A DNA stretch of 60,989 nt, the filler included. It is 6 parts of 6 records of this genome, joined end to end, with 100 filler letters (N's around TTAATTAATTAA, not from the genome) between each part and the next. Parts side by side here need not be neighbours in the genome. Positions count along the whole stretch, not along the records: positions 52,409 to 60,989 come from SRR31156797_18467; 5 more parts are not named here. One strand, given 5' to 3'. Made by a program: the position numbers and the translations under genes. Positions 52,445-60,989 of the stretch are shown piece by piece. The notes below the pieces were generated by a model that saw nothing but the letters and a program-made list of their open reading frames with translations, made no database searches and had not been told where the DNA came from. The stretch's first letter is position 1. Each line of letters opens with the position of its first letter.

Positions 52445-53146
52445 TTATTTTTTGGGATGGCATTTGCCGCAGCTTGCCGGGGCATCCTTGGTATTGTTCT
52501 TTTTATTGTGCGCTTTGTGGCAGCTGATGCAGTTGGCATGGAGGGCCTCGGTATGGTACTCAAAACGTTCTGAATCCGAGAGCTTCCTATCTTTTGATTT
52601 TGGCGCTTTGCCGGGGTCACTATGACATTCAGCGCAACCGAGCACCTCATCCCCTTGTTTTAAATCAGCCAGGGGGTCGCCGCTGTCATCATGGTGACAA
52701 TCACCGCACGCGATCCCATAATCCGTTGCATGCCTCTGGTGGGTAAACTGCACGATACCCTTTTTGTGGCTTTCGTAAATTGGGTTATCCATGGCAATGA
52801 TATCGGCCATGTCGGAATCTGAGCCGGCAATAACGGTCTCTTCAGCAACTGTTTTTTCTTCGGTTGCAGACGTTTCCTCCAATGCCGCCGGCTCCTCAAC
52901 TGGGGATGCTTCGAGCACTTCTTTCTCATGTTCTTCCAAAGCCGTATTTTCCTCGGCAGACACAACTTCTGTTCGATTTTCCTCGACAGCATCCTCTTCA
53001 TGATCTGCATTATGGTGCTCCACGTAGTCCGTCCCATGGACTTGGGCGGTCTGATCCTTGGAAGGGATAGAGCAATAGGTCAAAAAAAGGATTAAGACAA
53101 GATTAACGATCAAAATGATATTTTGCCCGTCAAATTTTGTACGCAT
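52445..53146 (-). CDS. Tetraheme cytochrome c3 with a membrane/lipid anchor and an acidic linker
   Basis: VQFTHQRH plus four CxxCH motifs (CGDCH, CAECH, CISCH, CGKCH); N-terminal hydrophobic segment ending LTYC. Confidence 0.9.
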   Translation of the reverse strand: MRTKFDGQNIILIVNLVLILFLTYCSIPSKDQTAQVHGTDYVEHHNADHEEDAVEENRTEVVSAEENTALEEHEKEVLEASPVEEPAALEETSATEEKTVAEETVIAGSDSDMADIIAMDNPIYESHKKGIVQFTHQRHATDYGIACGDCHHDDSGDPLADLKQGDEVLGCAECHSDPGKAPKSKDRKLSDSERFEYHTEALHANCISCHKAHNKKNNTKDAPASCGKCHPKK

Positions 53147-53378
53147 GAATAACCTCCGGTTCTGCATGATTGTCAATTAGTTTACACAGTTTGTCACAAA
53201 CAGCCGTTAGCTTTCAGATTAATCAAAGGAAACGTTATACAAAAAAGTACAGGGACGCAACATATTTTATTTACACCGGTGTCAAAGTTCCAGTCCCTAT
53301 GAGCGCGGACTCGCAAATCAATGGATCGGTGGTCAATAAAAATATCGGTATCTCACCAGCCTTTACCAAAATTTGGAA

Positions 53379-55250
53379 CTACTGGGGGCGAAGGGATACG
53401 GTGGACTCCGGGAGTTTATCTTGCGCCGCCTTCTTCTGTCGATTTTTCTGCCAGTCGAACAGGGTCTCGAAATTTTCTATCAGCTGTTTACGGTAACGGC
53501 CCAGGGGGAGGTTCGCTTTTTTGGCTTTTTTCCGGAGAATAGCCTCGGAGAGGTGGATACCGGGCCACAGGTTCCCGTCGAATAGCTTTAGAAAATAGGT
53601 GTCGTAGGAGAAGCCGAGCTCGGTGATGGAGGGAAGTGATTCCATGTTCTTGTTGTTCAGCCGGAAGCGTTCGAAGGGAAATCCGGTGGAAAGATCCAGG
53701 TGATAGCCGATGAGCCGATTTCTGGGATTGATCGATGCCAGGCCGTGGGTCACGCAGTTCTGCTGCGGGATGCGGTATTTGACCCGTAGCCAGTCGGTGA
53801 GTTCCCTGCCCGATTTGAACTGCGCGTCGTTCAGTGTGGATGCCCTTGGAATGGACTCGTTCTTCGTGTTCCGAGATTTTTTGCCGCCCTTCCCGTGAAC
53901 GATTCTTTCAGCGTCTTTCCCCTCGAAGCATATGCCCAGGAATGCGTGGTTCAGGTTGAGATAGAGCCAGTCCCGATCGGCCCAGACGGAGTTTCCAGCG
54001 TGAAATGCGGCGTCGCTTTCTGCAACGATTCTGAAAACGCGCCCGAAGCGATCGATGAGGTAGTGATAGGAGTGGTTTTTTCTGGTGTATCGTATGAGCC
54101 ATCGGCTGTATTCTTTGATGGATTGATTCATATCCGGACAAAAGGGGAAAATGTCGCTTTCCGAGGTGTGGTAGAGGATACCGGCGACCGTCCGGGTGGG
54201 GGGGGCCCCATCGAGCGGTTTGGTACCTTCCCTCCGGAAACGGTAATAGCTTCTGGGGACATTTTTCACCGCGGTCGAAGTGATGATCTGGAGTCGGTTG
54301 CTGTAGAATTCAGTTCCGTCACGCTTTTCCACCAGCCAGATGGATTCTTCTAAGAATTCGGGGAATGTGTGGGATTCGGTGGTGGCGGCGGGGGGGGGGA
54401 CTGTCATGGCGGTGGCAGAACTGTTGGGTTCGTTTTCGGCTGGCGGATCGGTAAGCGCCACTTCGTTTCGAGGATTTGCCCGGGGAGCCGTGGCTTTCCA
54501 TTCGATCAGTCCCCTACCCGAGCCTGTTTCGGGTTTTTTCTGAGGAAATTCCAAAGGATCTTCCCGGAAGAATGCCAAACTATTTCCCATGGAAAGGGTG
54601 TGGCCGAAAGCAGATTCGTCGTTTCCGGGCGGTGGCTCCCCTGTCCAGCCTGTGGGCAGAGCCTGCTCGAAGCCGGTGAACGGCATAAGGTCGACTTGGG
54701 CGTATAATGACTGCAGGATGTTATGGTCCGGAAGTGAAAGTGTGGGATCGGAACAGGCGAACGCTGGTGTGACTGCCGGTGAAGTGGCCGAAAGCGATTG
54801 AGAAGATTCCGGGAATTCGGGTGTGTTCATCATGGGGAGCTGAAACGGTCCCGCAGCTTTCATGGCGATGACACTACCCGCTAATATTATCGTAATCGCG
54901 ATTCCGAACGTCACTCGGACTGGGGAAAAGAGGGGGCTGCGGAAGATGGTCGTCCTTCGATCGGCTGGTGTCCGTGGCACGTCCGTTGCAGTTTTTTCTG
55001 TTTCTTTACCGGGTAAAAAACTGGGTTGGGCGGGGATAAAGTCCGAGGCGATCCGGAGGATAGCCCGGCGGGTTCGGGCGTCCGCCAATGGGGGGCAGAA
55101 CCTTACGATTCGCGGAACTCGAAAGCTTTCGTAGATCGCACAGCGGATGAACTTCAGCCGTAATACGGGGCCCGGTACCGACGCCGCCAGATTATTGATT
55201 AGCCGCAGATAAACTGCTGGCGGTAATTTTGCTTGCCAAGGCCGACGCAT
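53379..55250 (-). CDS. Membrane-anchored N-acetylmuramoyl-L-alanine amidase (Amidase_2/PGRP-like)
   Basis: One TM, Pro/Thr-rich linker, ILYHTSE, YHYLIDRFG, AFHAG, LGICFEG, VTHG. Confidence 0.8.
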   Translation of the reverse strand: MRRPWQAKLPPAVYLRLINNLAASVPGPVLRLKFIRCAIYESFRVPRIVRFCPPLADARTRRAILRIASDFIPAQPSFLPGKETEKTATDVPRTPADRRTTIFRSPLFSPVRVTFGIAITIILAGSVIAMKAAGPFQLPMMNTPEFPESSQSLSATSPAVTPAFACSDPTLSLPDHNILQSLYAQVDLMPFTGFEQALPTGWTGEPPPGNDESAFGHTLSMGNSLAFFREDPLEFPQKKPETGSGRGLIEWKATAPRANPRNEVALTDPPAENEPNSSATAMTVPPPAATTESHTFPEFLEESIWLVEKRDGTEFYSNRLQIITSTAVKNVPRSYYRFRREGTKPLDGAPPTRTVAGILYHTSESDIFPFCPDMNQSIKEYSRWLIRYTRKNHSYHYLIDRFGRVFRIVAESDAAFHAGNSVWADRDWLYLNLNHAFLGICFEGKDAERIVHGKGGKKSRNTKNESIPRASTLNDAQFKSGRELTDWLRVKYRIPQQNCVTHGLASINPRNRLIGYHLDLSTGFPFERFRLNNKNMESLPSITELGFSYDTYFLKLFDGNLWPGIHLSEAILRKKAKKANLPLGRYRKQLIENFETLFDWQKNRQKKAAQDKLPESTVSLRPQ

Positions 55251-55292
55251 TTTCCCATACTTTCCCCCTGGTATCAGTTACCCCACCTACTG

Positions 55293-56399
55293 TTAAGATT
55301 CGTACATGGCAGCGATGAGGGATCCTCTGGCCGTTGCTGTCAGCGGATCATCGGCGATACGAACCCCGTTGATCGGGATGGGGAAGGTGTCCCGGTCCAT
55401 GACGGACTCGAACCGCTCCTTGAAGCCGGGGGGCATCACCGTTCCCCCTGAAAGCACGATGGGGACGGGCTGTTCCACCTTGGGGATCTTCGATGTGCGG
55501 CCAATGTTCTCCTTTATGGAGGTTACCAGGGACTTGATGAGGTCGTCATAATAGATGTGAAGCGCATCCTCGATGTCGTTTTTCGGACTCTTCCGGAGAT
55601 CTAGTTCGTTCTCCTTGACGTCCCTGACGCGGGTGTTGACCTCACCGGTGACGGAGGAGACGGCATCGTCGATATAGTCTCCCCCTTTGGTGATGCTGTA
55701 AGATAGCAGCGGGACCGAGAGGAAGGAGAGGCAGACATTGCACATGCCGCCTCCGGCGCTGATCCCGATCCCCGAAAAATTCTCGTTTTCGAGTTCGGAG
55801 AAGATGACCGCCAGTCCCTCGTTGATACTTTTGACGCAGTAGCCCTTCTGGTCCAGGTGGCGTTTCAGGATCGCCTCGTGGTAGATGATGTCCGTCTCGG
55901 CATTTTCGGGGGCGCCGGGAATCGAAAAGCATAGCTGCGGCGTCCTGGGCGCGATGGTAGTCACCAGGTTGTCCAGGATCCCCTTAATGATGTCGAGGGC
56001 GCGGGCCTCCGTGGGATTGAGAAGCCCTTTTCGCATGGGGCGGCGGGTTTCGGCATTGAGCATGTTGGCGAAGGTCTCGGCGCCGTCGCCGTACACGATC
56101 AGGGCGTCGTCAACCTTCTGGTGCAATATGTTATTTCCCTTCATGATGCGTTCGGTGAACTTGGAGTAATCGACCTCGATGAAAGCATTGGTCTGGGAGT
56201 AAAAGGTCATCCCGTCATTTCCGTTTTCCGCGAAAACGATCTTGGAGGTGCCGATGTCCACGCCGACCGCTTTATCGTTCCGGACGTCCGTTTTTACCGG
56301 GGGCACCTCCACCGCCTGGTGTTTGGCGATCTCTTCCGCAGCTTCCGTTATCTTGTCCAGGTTTTTTTTGTTTGTATCATTGCTTTTTTTGGGGGGCAT
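55293..56399 (-). CDS. Actin-fold ATPase of the volactin/Mad28-like group
   Basis: Phosphate-1 GVDIGTS, RRPMRKG, connect-1 INEGLAVIFSEL, phosphate-2 GISAGGGMCNVC, GGDYID, adenosine LSGGT, connect-2 PLTATARG. Confidence 0.85.
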   Translation of the reverse strand: MPPKKSNDTNKKNLDKITEAAEEIAKHQAVEVPPVKTDVRNDKAVGVDIGTSKIVFAENGNDGMTFYSQTNAFIEVDYSKFTERIMKGNNILHQKVDDALIVYGDGAETFANMLNAETRRPMRKGLLNPTEARALDIIKGILDNLVTTIAPRTPQLCFSIPGAPENAETDIIYHEAILKRHLDQKGYCVKSINEGLAVIFSELENENFSGIGISAGGGMCNVCLSFLSVPLLSYSITKGGDYIDDAVSSVTGEVNTRVRDVKENELDLRKSPKNDIEDALHIYYDDLIKSLVTSIKENIGRTSKIPKVEQPVPIVLSGGTVMPPGFKERFESVMDRDTFPIPINGVRIADDPLTATARGSLIAAMYES

Positions 56400-56645
56400 G
56401 TCAATTCTCCTTGCGGTTGGAAGTCCTTAACATCATGTGTTTTGCCGACCTTTGTGAAGGAGCGGATCGTTTCCTGGGAATGATAATGTAATGAATGCAA
56501 ATGAAACGATCAAAATTCGTTTTTTTAATATAATGGGTGTAATGATACAAGAACTCAACTTATGAGTCAAGGGAAGATCTCAACCTAAATCCTGTCCTTC
56601 GCAAAAAATAAATTTGCGGCATTATGTAGATAGAAAAAATATTCT

Positions 56646-57010
56646 TTTACGCAACCTGTCTCCAGTCGTAGCGGTGATGCGTCCTCCGATTTTGGGTAAC
56701 TCAATGACTTTGCCCGCTTTGGCCCCCATGGGCTGGATTGAACGTTCAACTGGAGTGTTTTTGCCGAGCCCATATTGGGTTCTGTCGTGATGATCATACG
56801 TGAAGTAAGAGGATAAAATCGTTTCAGGTGGCTTTCGCCCAGCACGATCACGTGATCGATATTTTGGCACACTCTCCCAGAAGAATGCCTCAACGATCTG
56901 TTTGTGAAATATTGGGATAAAAGGCGTAGCGACGGCACCTTGGAGTCCTTGGCAGGTCCTTTCGTTGAAAGATTGATCGGATTGATCCGCAGAGATTGTC
57001 TGTATCACTT
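56646..57010. pseudogene. Frameshifted transposase (integrase-core) remnants on both strands
   Basis: Minus strand: DHVIVLGESHLK/ILSSYFTY...GLGKNTP...GKVIELPKIGG/HHRYDW. Plus strand: SPWQ/PFVERLIGLIRRDCLYH. Confidence 0.75.
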
Positions 57011-57099
57011 GAAATTTTCCCCAAGTCAACATAATGAAGCGTGTAACTGTAAGAGATTCCAACACTATACCTGTTCGTCCAATAGAAAATGATATCAGC

Positions 57100-57672
57100 T
57101 CACCCCGTCATGTCGATAATATCCTTTAAAATTTTGAGTAGGCGTTGGGCATCATTCGAAGGAAAAAGGATTGTATGGGGCTTCTTTTTTTGGGAAAAGA
57201 AAGTCTCATAGGTATAAGTTAACAATATTCCGTCTCCTCTATATCCCGGTAAAATGATAATCTGCTCCCCCTCATTCCCTTTTTTTGAATAAAAAGGAAT
57301 GATACTGGCGAACCCAGAGACATTATAGGAACGAATATCCAAGGCCTGGATATTTTTACATCGGATGTAAGAACTTCCATATTTTTTAACACCGGAAATC
57401 CTTAATATAATCTCTTTTTCTGCACTACTCGCCAGTAACTTTTTTGATATCCGGATTGATACTTTATAAAACAGAGACAACAATACAAACGCTACCGTTC
57501 CGACAGCCGCAACAAGTATCAGGGAAGGGAAGAATGCCGGTAAGCGGTTGACTCCCGGATACATAATCCCGGTTAAACCGCCCAGAAAAACAAATCCGAT
57601 AAAAAGAGATAAGTAAAGCCTGATGGATATCGGAACTCGTATTGATTCATGATATTTTTTTAATTCAGACAT
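57100..57672 (-). CDS. Hypothetical two-TM membrane protein
   Basis: Two N-terminal TMs and a soluble C-terminal domain. Start uncertain. Confidence 0.65.
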   Translation of the reverse strand: MSELKKYHESIRVPISIRLYLSLFIGFVFLGGLTGIMYPGVNRLPAFFPSLILVAAVGTVAFVLLSLFYKVSIRISKKLLASSAEKEIILRISGVKKYGSSYIRCKNIQALDIRSYNVSGFASIIPFYSKKGNEGEQIIILPGYRGDGILLTYTYETFFSQKKKPHTILFPSNDAQRLLKILKDIIDMTG

Positions 57673-57745
57673 AACTATCCAGACTGGGACCCGAGATCTC
57701 GGAACGAAGGGTGTCAAATCTGATCTCTTTCTCTGTTCCAGCCTT

Positions 57746-58636
57746 TTAACTGGATTGCTCCTGTATCATCGTGCCCTTCATAATTGGAAGCAGTTCAATT
57801 TTCCCTATGGTCTCTTCAGTCTTTGATTGCGTTGCCCCCTTGTACCACTTCCTCTCCTTTTTGTAAGAACCGGACAGAACATTAATTCCCTCATCAAGAT
57901 TGACTGGTTCGACATCAAGTGAGATCGTTTCAACCCAGATGCCGCCATCAGGCGTCTGTCCCTGGTGTGACAGGTGAAGGCGCACCTTGTTTTTGTCAAC
58001 GATCGACTTCAAGGTTTTAAATTCTTCGGCGATCTCCTTCTTAGGTGAAGGTGGTGCTTCGCCTGGAATACTGTCGCAATCCTTGGGGGTTAAAGCCTTG
58101 CGCAGGTTCTCTACAAACTGTTTGTCTCTCATCATCTCCCCGTTAAGGGTTCCTAACATCTTATCTGTGTATTCTTGCATTCTTTTCTGGCAATTGTTTT
58201 CGTAGTCAACCTGAGCCTTGGATTTGTACTGCACGATTCGCGTCTGTTGGTCCTTACGATCAATTATCCAAATGACCCGGTTCTCTCTATCTCTCACTCC
58301 CTGGAACGAAACGAAATACTCTCCCTCAATGTTCGGAACTTGTTGCAGGGTCAGCTCCGCTTGTTCTGTGTTCTTGGGTTTGGTCTCCTCAATGTCATTT
58401 CCCAGTTTTGAATCTACCCATTCGTGGCTCGTTTCGAAACTGCTCCATTGGGCCTCGCCTGTCTGTTCGACAGTCGCACCACAAAGCCGCATAATGTCTT
58501 CTTTCGAAAAGCCCGCCTTGATCATTGTCTCAATCTGTTCTCCCGTGCATCTTTCGAAAGCAAATGAAATATGAGGAAAAGTGGCGGTGACGCTCAGAAT
58601 CAAAAGAATTATAGTTATCGGAATATTGGTTCGCAT
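57746..58636 (-). CDS. Hypothetical secreted protein
   Basis: GAGGAGG RBS, signal peptide, short Cys-bracketed segment CTGEQIETMIKAGFSKEDIMRLC. Confidence 0.7.
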   Translation of the reverse strand: MRTNIPITIILLILSVTATFPHISFAFERCTGEQIETMIKAGFSKEDIMRLCGATVEQTGEAQWSSFETSHEWVDSKLGNDIEETKPKNTEQAELTLQQVPNIEGEYFVSFQGVRDRENRVIWIIDRKDQQTRIVQYKSKAQVDYENNCQKRMQEYTDKMLGTLNGEMMRDKQFVENLRKALTPKDCDSIPGEAPPSPKKEIAEEFKTLKSIVDKNKVRLHLSHQGQTPDGGIWVETISLDVEPVNLDEGINVLSGSYKKERKWYKGATQSKTEETIGKIELLPIMKGTMIQEQSS

Positions 58637-58721
58637 AACAAGCCTCCTCATAGTGGGCCAAATAAAGAAACGGAAAGGATTGGGTTGTAAAAAAGTAAAA
58701 CACGTCCCCCTTGACCGGCTC

Positions 58722-59426
58722 TTACTTGCGTTTTTGATTCTTATTGCAAACAAGGCTGCTGGCTTTTTCAAAGATGAAAACCCAGTTGTTCAGGCCCACA
58801 ATCCAGGCCAGTATCCAGTATGGCCAGGACTCGTCAATCAGGTCCATTGGAATGATGGGAAGAAACATCTGTACAATTCCAAAAAAAATACCGGCCATCA
58901 CTACAGCGATGGGGGGATTGATGATAAACCAGACCGTTAAATCGTAGCTCGAGGGTTCTATCCCACCGATATTATGTAATTTGACGTACATGCTTACAAG
59001 GCTTCCTATCAATCCCATTAAAAGGACAGAATAAGGAATGTTGAAACTCGGGAGCATGATACTGGCCGATGAGGTGAGAAATAAGAATGAGATCAGGGCG
59101 GCAAGGGTATATAGGGTGACGATAATGGAGATACTTTTTTTCATTCTGTGGGTGGGATTTTCTATGTCCATGGTGATCTCACCCAGTTCTTTTTCAACCA
59201 TTTCCAGGTCGTCGCTGGAAATGGCTTCCTCCCTCATCTTCATCAGTTTGAGGTTATACAGTATCCCTTTTTTGTTGACTTTCTGGATGTCGAGTTTTTT
59301 ACGTATTATATCAATGTTTTTGATGATTTCTTCTCTGTACACCTTGCTGTTGAGGTTATAGCTATCCGGGCTAAATTTATCTCGATCGCTGTGAATGACC
59401 TTATGTAAATCTTCGGTTGCAGCCAT
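58722..59426 (-). CDS. Membrane protein with a helical N-domain and four C-terminal TMs
   Basis: AGGAGG RBS; MGLIGSLVS...NPPIAVVMA...LAWIVG. Confidence 0.75.
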   Translation of the reverse strand: MAATEDLHKVIHSDRDKFSPDSYNLNSKVYREEIIKNIDIIRKKLDIQKVNKKGILYNLKLMKMREEAISSDDLEMVEKELGEITMDIENPTHRMKKSISIIVTLYTLAALISFLFLTSSASIMLPSFNIPYSVLLMGLIGSLVSMYVKLHNIGGIEPSSYDLTVWFIINPPIAVVMAGIFFGIVQMFLPIIPMDLIDESWPYWILAWIVGLNNWVFIFEKASSLVCNKNQKRK

Positions 59427-59460
59427 CGGTAATCCTCCTTATCGATTAATCATAACGGGA

Positions 59461-60267
59461 TCAGGTCGTTGTGTCTTTCCAGATAAGCTCCAGTGAATGG
59501 GTGAATTTGTCAACCAGCCTTAAATAGACTGAATCAAGGGCGAGAAATGTATTCATGATTGTAAAGCAGACCGATAGAAAAATTCCCACCACCGAGCTGT
59601 TCATAGCAAATGTCATACTTTCAAGAAATTGTCCAAGGGTTGCCTGTGCGGCAGTTACATTCCCCGGGTCAATGGCTTTGAGAGCAGGCAAACCTTTACT
59701 GATCCCAAGAAATGTTCCTAAAATGCCTCCGATAATGAAGAGACTGGGTAATATTGAAAGTACGCTGTTCATCGTTCCGATGGGGATCACCCCCCACAGC
59801 CTGTTGAAATAGGGGTTTGACATAAATACATATTTTGCAATACTCTTAAAATCCGGTTCATTGTCTTCATGATGATAGCGGGTTTGATTCAGGGTGTCAT
59901 CGATCAGGGACCGGGCACCGTCCTCCACCAGGAACATTTTGTGAAGAACAGCCACCTGGGGGTCCCCCTTTCTCTTCCTGAACATTTTTTTCCGTTTCAG
60001 GTAGAGTTCCTCATAGGTTCTCCTCAAAATCGATTCCACAACACCTGGAAAGGTCACGGGTCCTTCTTTTCCATCATTCTTGTTTTTCAGATAACGGTGG
60101 GTTCTGGTTTCAATGGCCAGGGAGAGGTTTAACTCACAGCGTATCAGATAAAACATAAGTATTTTCAACACGACTCCAACAAAAAAGACCAGGAACATTA
60201 ACAGCATGAGGTTTTCCGTACCATATTGGATCAGGTAGTTGCACATGTCGTTGATAATAATATTCAT
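59461..60267 (-). CDS. MotA/TolQ/ExbB (ZorA-like) ion-channel membrane protein
   Basis: N-terminal TM; LPSLFIIGGILGTFLGI and MTFAMNSSVVGIFLSV channel helices. Confidence 0.75.
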   Translation of the reverse strand: MNIIINDMCNYLIQYGTENLMLLMFLVFFVGVVLKILMFYLIRCELNLSLAIETRTHRYLKNKNDGKEGPVTFPGVVESILRRTYEELYLKRKKMFRKRKGDPQVAVLHKMFLVEDGARSLIDDTLNQTRYHHEDNEPDFKSIAKYVFMSNPYFNRLWGVIPIGTMNSVLSILPSLFIIGGILGTFLGISKGLPALKAIDPGNVTAAQATLGQFLESMTFAMNSSVVGIFLSVCFTIMNTFLALDSVYLRLVDKFTHSLELIWKDTTT

Positions 60268-60278
60268 GACAATTTCTC

Positions 60279-60989
60279 CTATTTTGTAAGGTTAAACCTT
60301 ATAACAGCCCTATGAAATTTTTCGCAATCATAATTCTTGCAAAAATCATCCATCTTTATATCGTTTTTGACCATTTCTTTTATCGGGGCTGTTTCCAGAT
60401 AGCTGCGCCCGGCAACTTTAAGGTACATCATAAGATCTTTCTGTTTTCCGTAGTTCATATTCCCCTTGTCCAGAATATACTTGAATATTGAACGCGCCCT
60501 TCTGTAACTAAGGTCCATGTTGTAATGAAGGGCAGCTCTGGATTCATTCTTCAGGCTGTGGGGATCCACGTATTTCCCCTGGTAGATCGGAGATGCAAAT
60601 CCGACGACCTCTATTGACTGAATGTATTTGTAGATATCATCCTCGCCAAAGATGCTTTCTGCGTATACCGGAATAATTTTTTGAAGAAAGTCCTTCATTT
60701 CCGGTTTCAGGGTGGCGCTATCAAAATCAAAATAGGTTTGTTCAAAGGGCAGGGTGACTTCACCGCTCTTCTCGTCAATTTGTGCGGTGATTTTGTTCTT
60801 GTCGAAATTGTCCTTCAGGCTTGAGATGATATTGTTCCTGAGTTTTTCCTTTTCCTTGTAATCTCCCAGTTCTTTCTGGAGGTCTTTGCGGACTGCAGCC
60901 AGTTTCTGTTTCTCATCCTCGGCCGCTTTTTTATCCTTTTGCAAATCTTTCAGTTCTGAGAGTTTATCATCAAGATCTTTCTTAAGCGC
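60279..60989 (-). CDS. Coiled-coil protein with a C-terminal OmpA/MotB peptidoglycan-binding domain, 5'-truncated
   Basis: Frame is open to the window end; FDFDSATLK, IEVVGFAS, NMDLSYRRARSI, VAGRS, RAVIRF. Confidence 0.82.
   Translation of the reverse strand, partial: ALKKDLDDKLSELKDLQKDKKAAEDEKQKLAAVRKDLQKELGDYKEKEKLRNNIISSLKDNFDKNKITAQIDEKSGEVTLPFEQTYFDFDSATLKPEMKDFLQKIIPVYAESIFGEDDIYKYIQSIEVVGFASPIYQGKYVDPHSLKNESRAALHYNMDLSYRRARSIFKYILDKGNMNYGKQKDLMMYLKVAGRSYLETAPIKEMVKNDIKMDDFCKNYDCEKFHRAVIRFNLTK

Noticed and set aside
53170-53187. Rex-like operator TTGTCAATTAGTTTACAC upstream of cytochrome c3
   Set aside because: It has three mismatches to TTGTGAA-N4-TTCACAA in AT-rich DNA. Plausible, but not supportable without a matrix scan.
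55293-56399. Evidence for a magnetosome island
   Set aside because: No mam, mad or feo genes are on the contig. A Mad28-like actin alone does not show magnetotaxis.
59461-60989. Calling the MotA/MotB-like pair a Zorya defence system
   Set aside because: Gene order is reversed, the A subunit lacks the long ZorA tail, and no zorC/D/E is visible. Kept only as an unassigned motor-like pair.

Overview
This window is not one locus. It joins six unrelated contig fragments with five artificial 100-nt spacers (N44-TTAATTAATTAA-N44), so nothing should be inferred across the spacers. Taxonomic labels below are inferred from gene content and composition only. (1) 1-19300, Desulfovibrionaceae-like: formate dehydrogenase fdhAB, a binding-protein/histidine kinase/REC-STAS module, a thioredoxin/peroxiredoxin pair, WtpABC tungstate uptake, and a sigma54-driven kinase/regulator/TauE operon. 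(2) 19401-34722, Methanosarcinaceae-like archaeon: cheW, a three-gene cohesin/dockerin cluster, argH, gatD, an inserted secreted-protein/membrane-protein pair with a structured leader, aspS, rpiA, PhoU/TrkA-C and split MgtE genes. (3) 34823-40689, Desulfobacterales-like: USP, kinase-like protein, Zn-ADH, alpha/beta hydrolase, and an arylsulfatase followed by an attC-like site. (4) 40790-46254, GC-rich, Planctomycetota-like: FHA protein, membrane Ser/Thr kinase, membrane protein and the start of an ECF sigma factor. (5) 46355-52308, very AT-rich bacterium: palindromic repeats, binding protein, DUF4279-like protein, lipoprotein, 7TM-PP2C phosphatase, GNAT. (6) 52409-60989, Desulfobacterota-like: cytochrome c3, amidase, volactin/Mad28-like actin, IS remnants and a MotB/MotA-like pair. 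Best candidates for an undescribed system are the archaeal anchor/extender/cap cohesin-dockerin operon, the actin-plus-amidase pair, and the archaeal two-hairpin leader. All family calls come from motif recognition; no searches were run.
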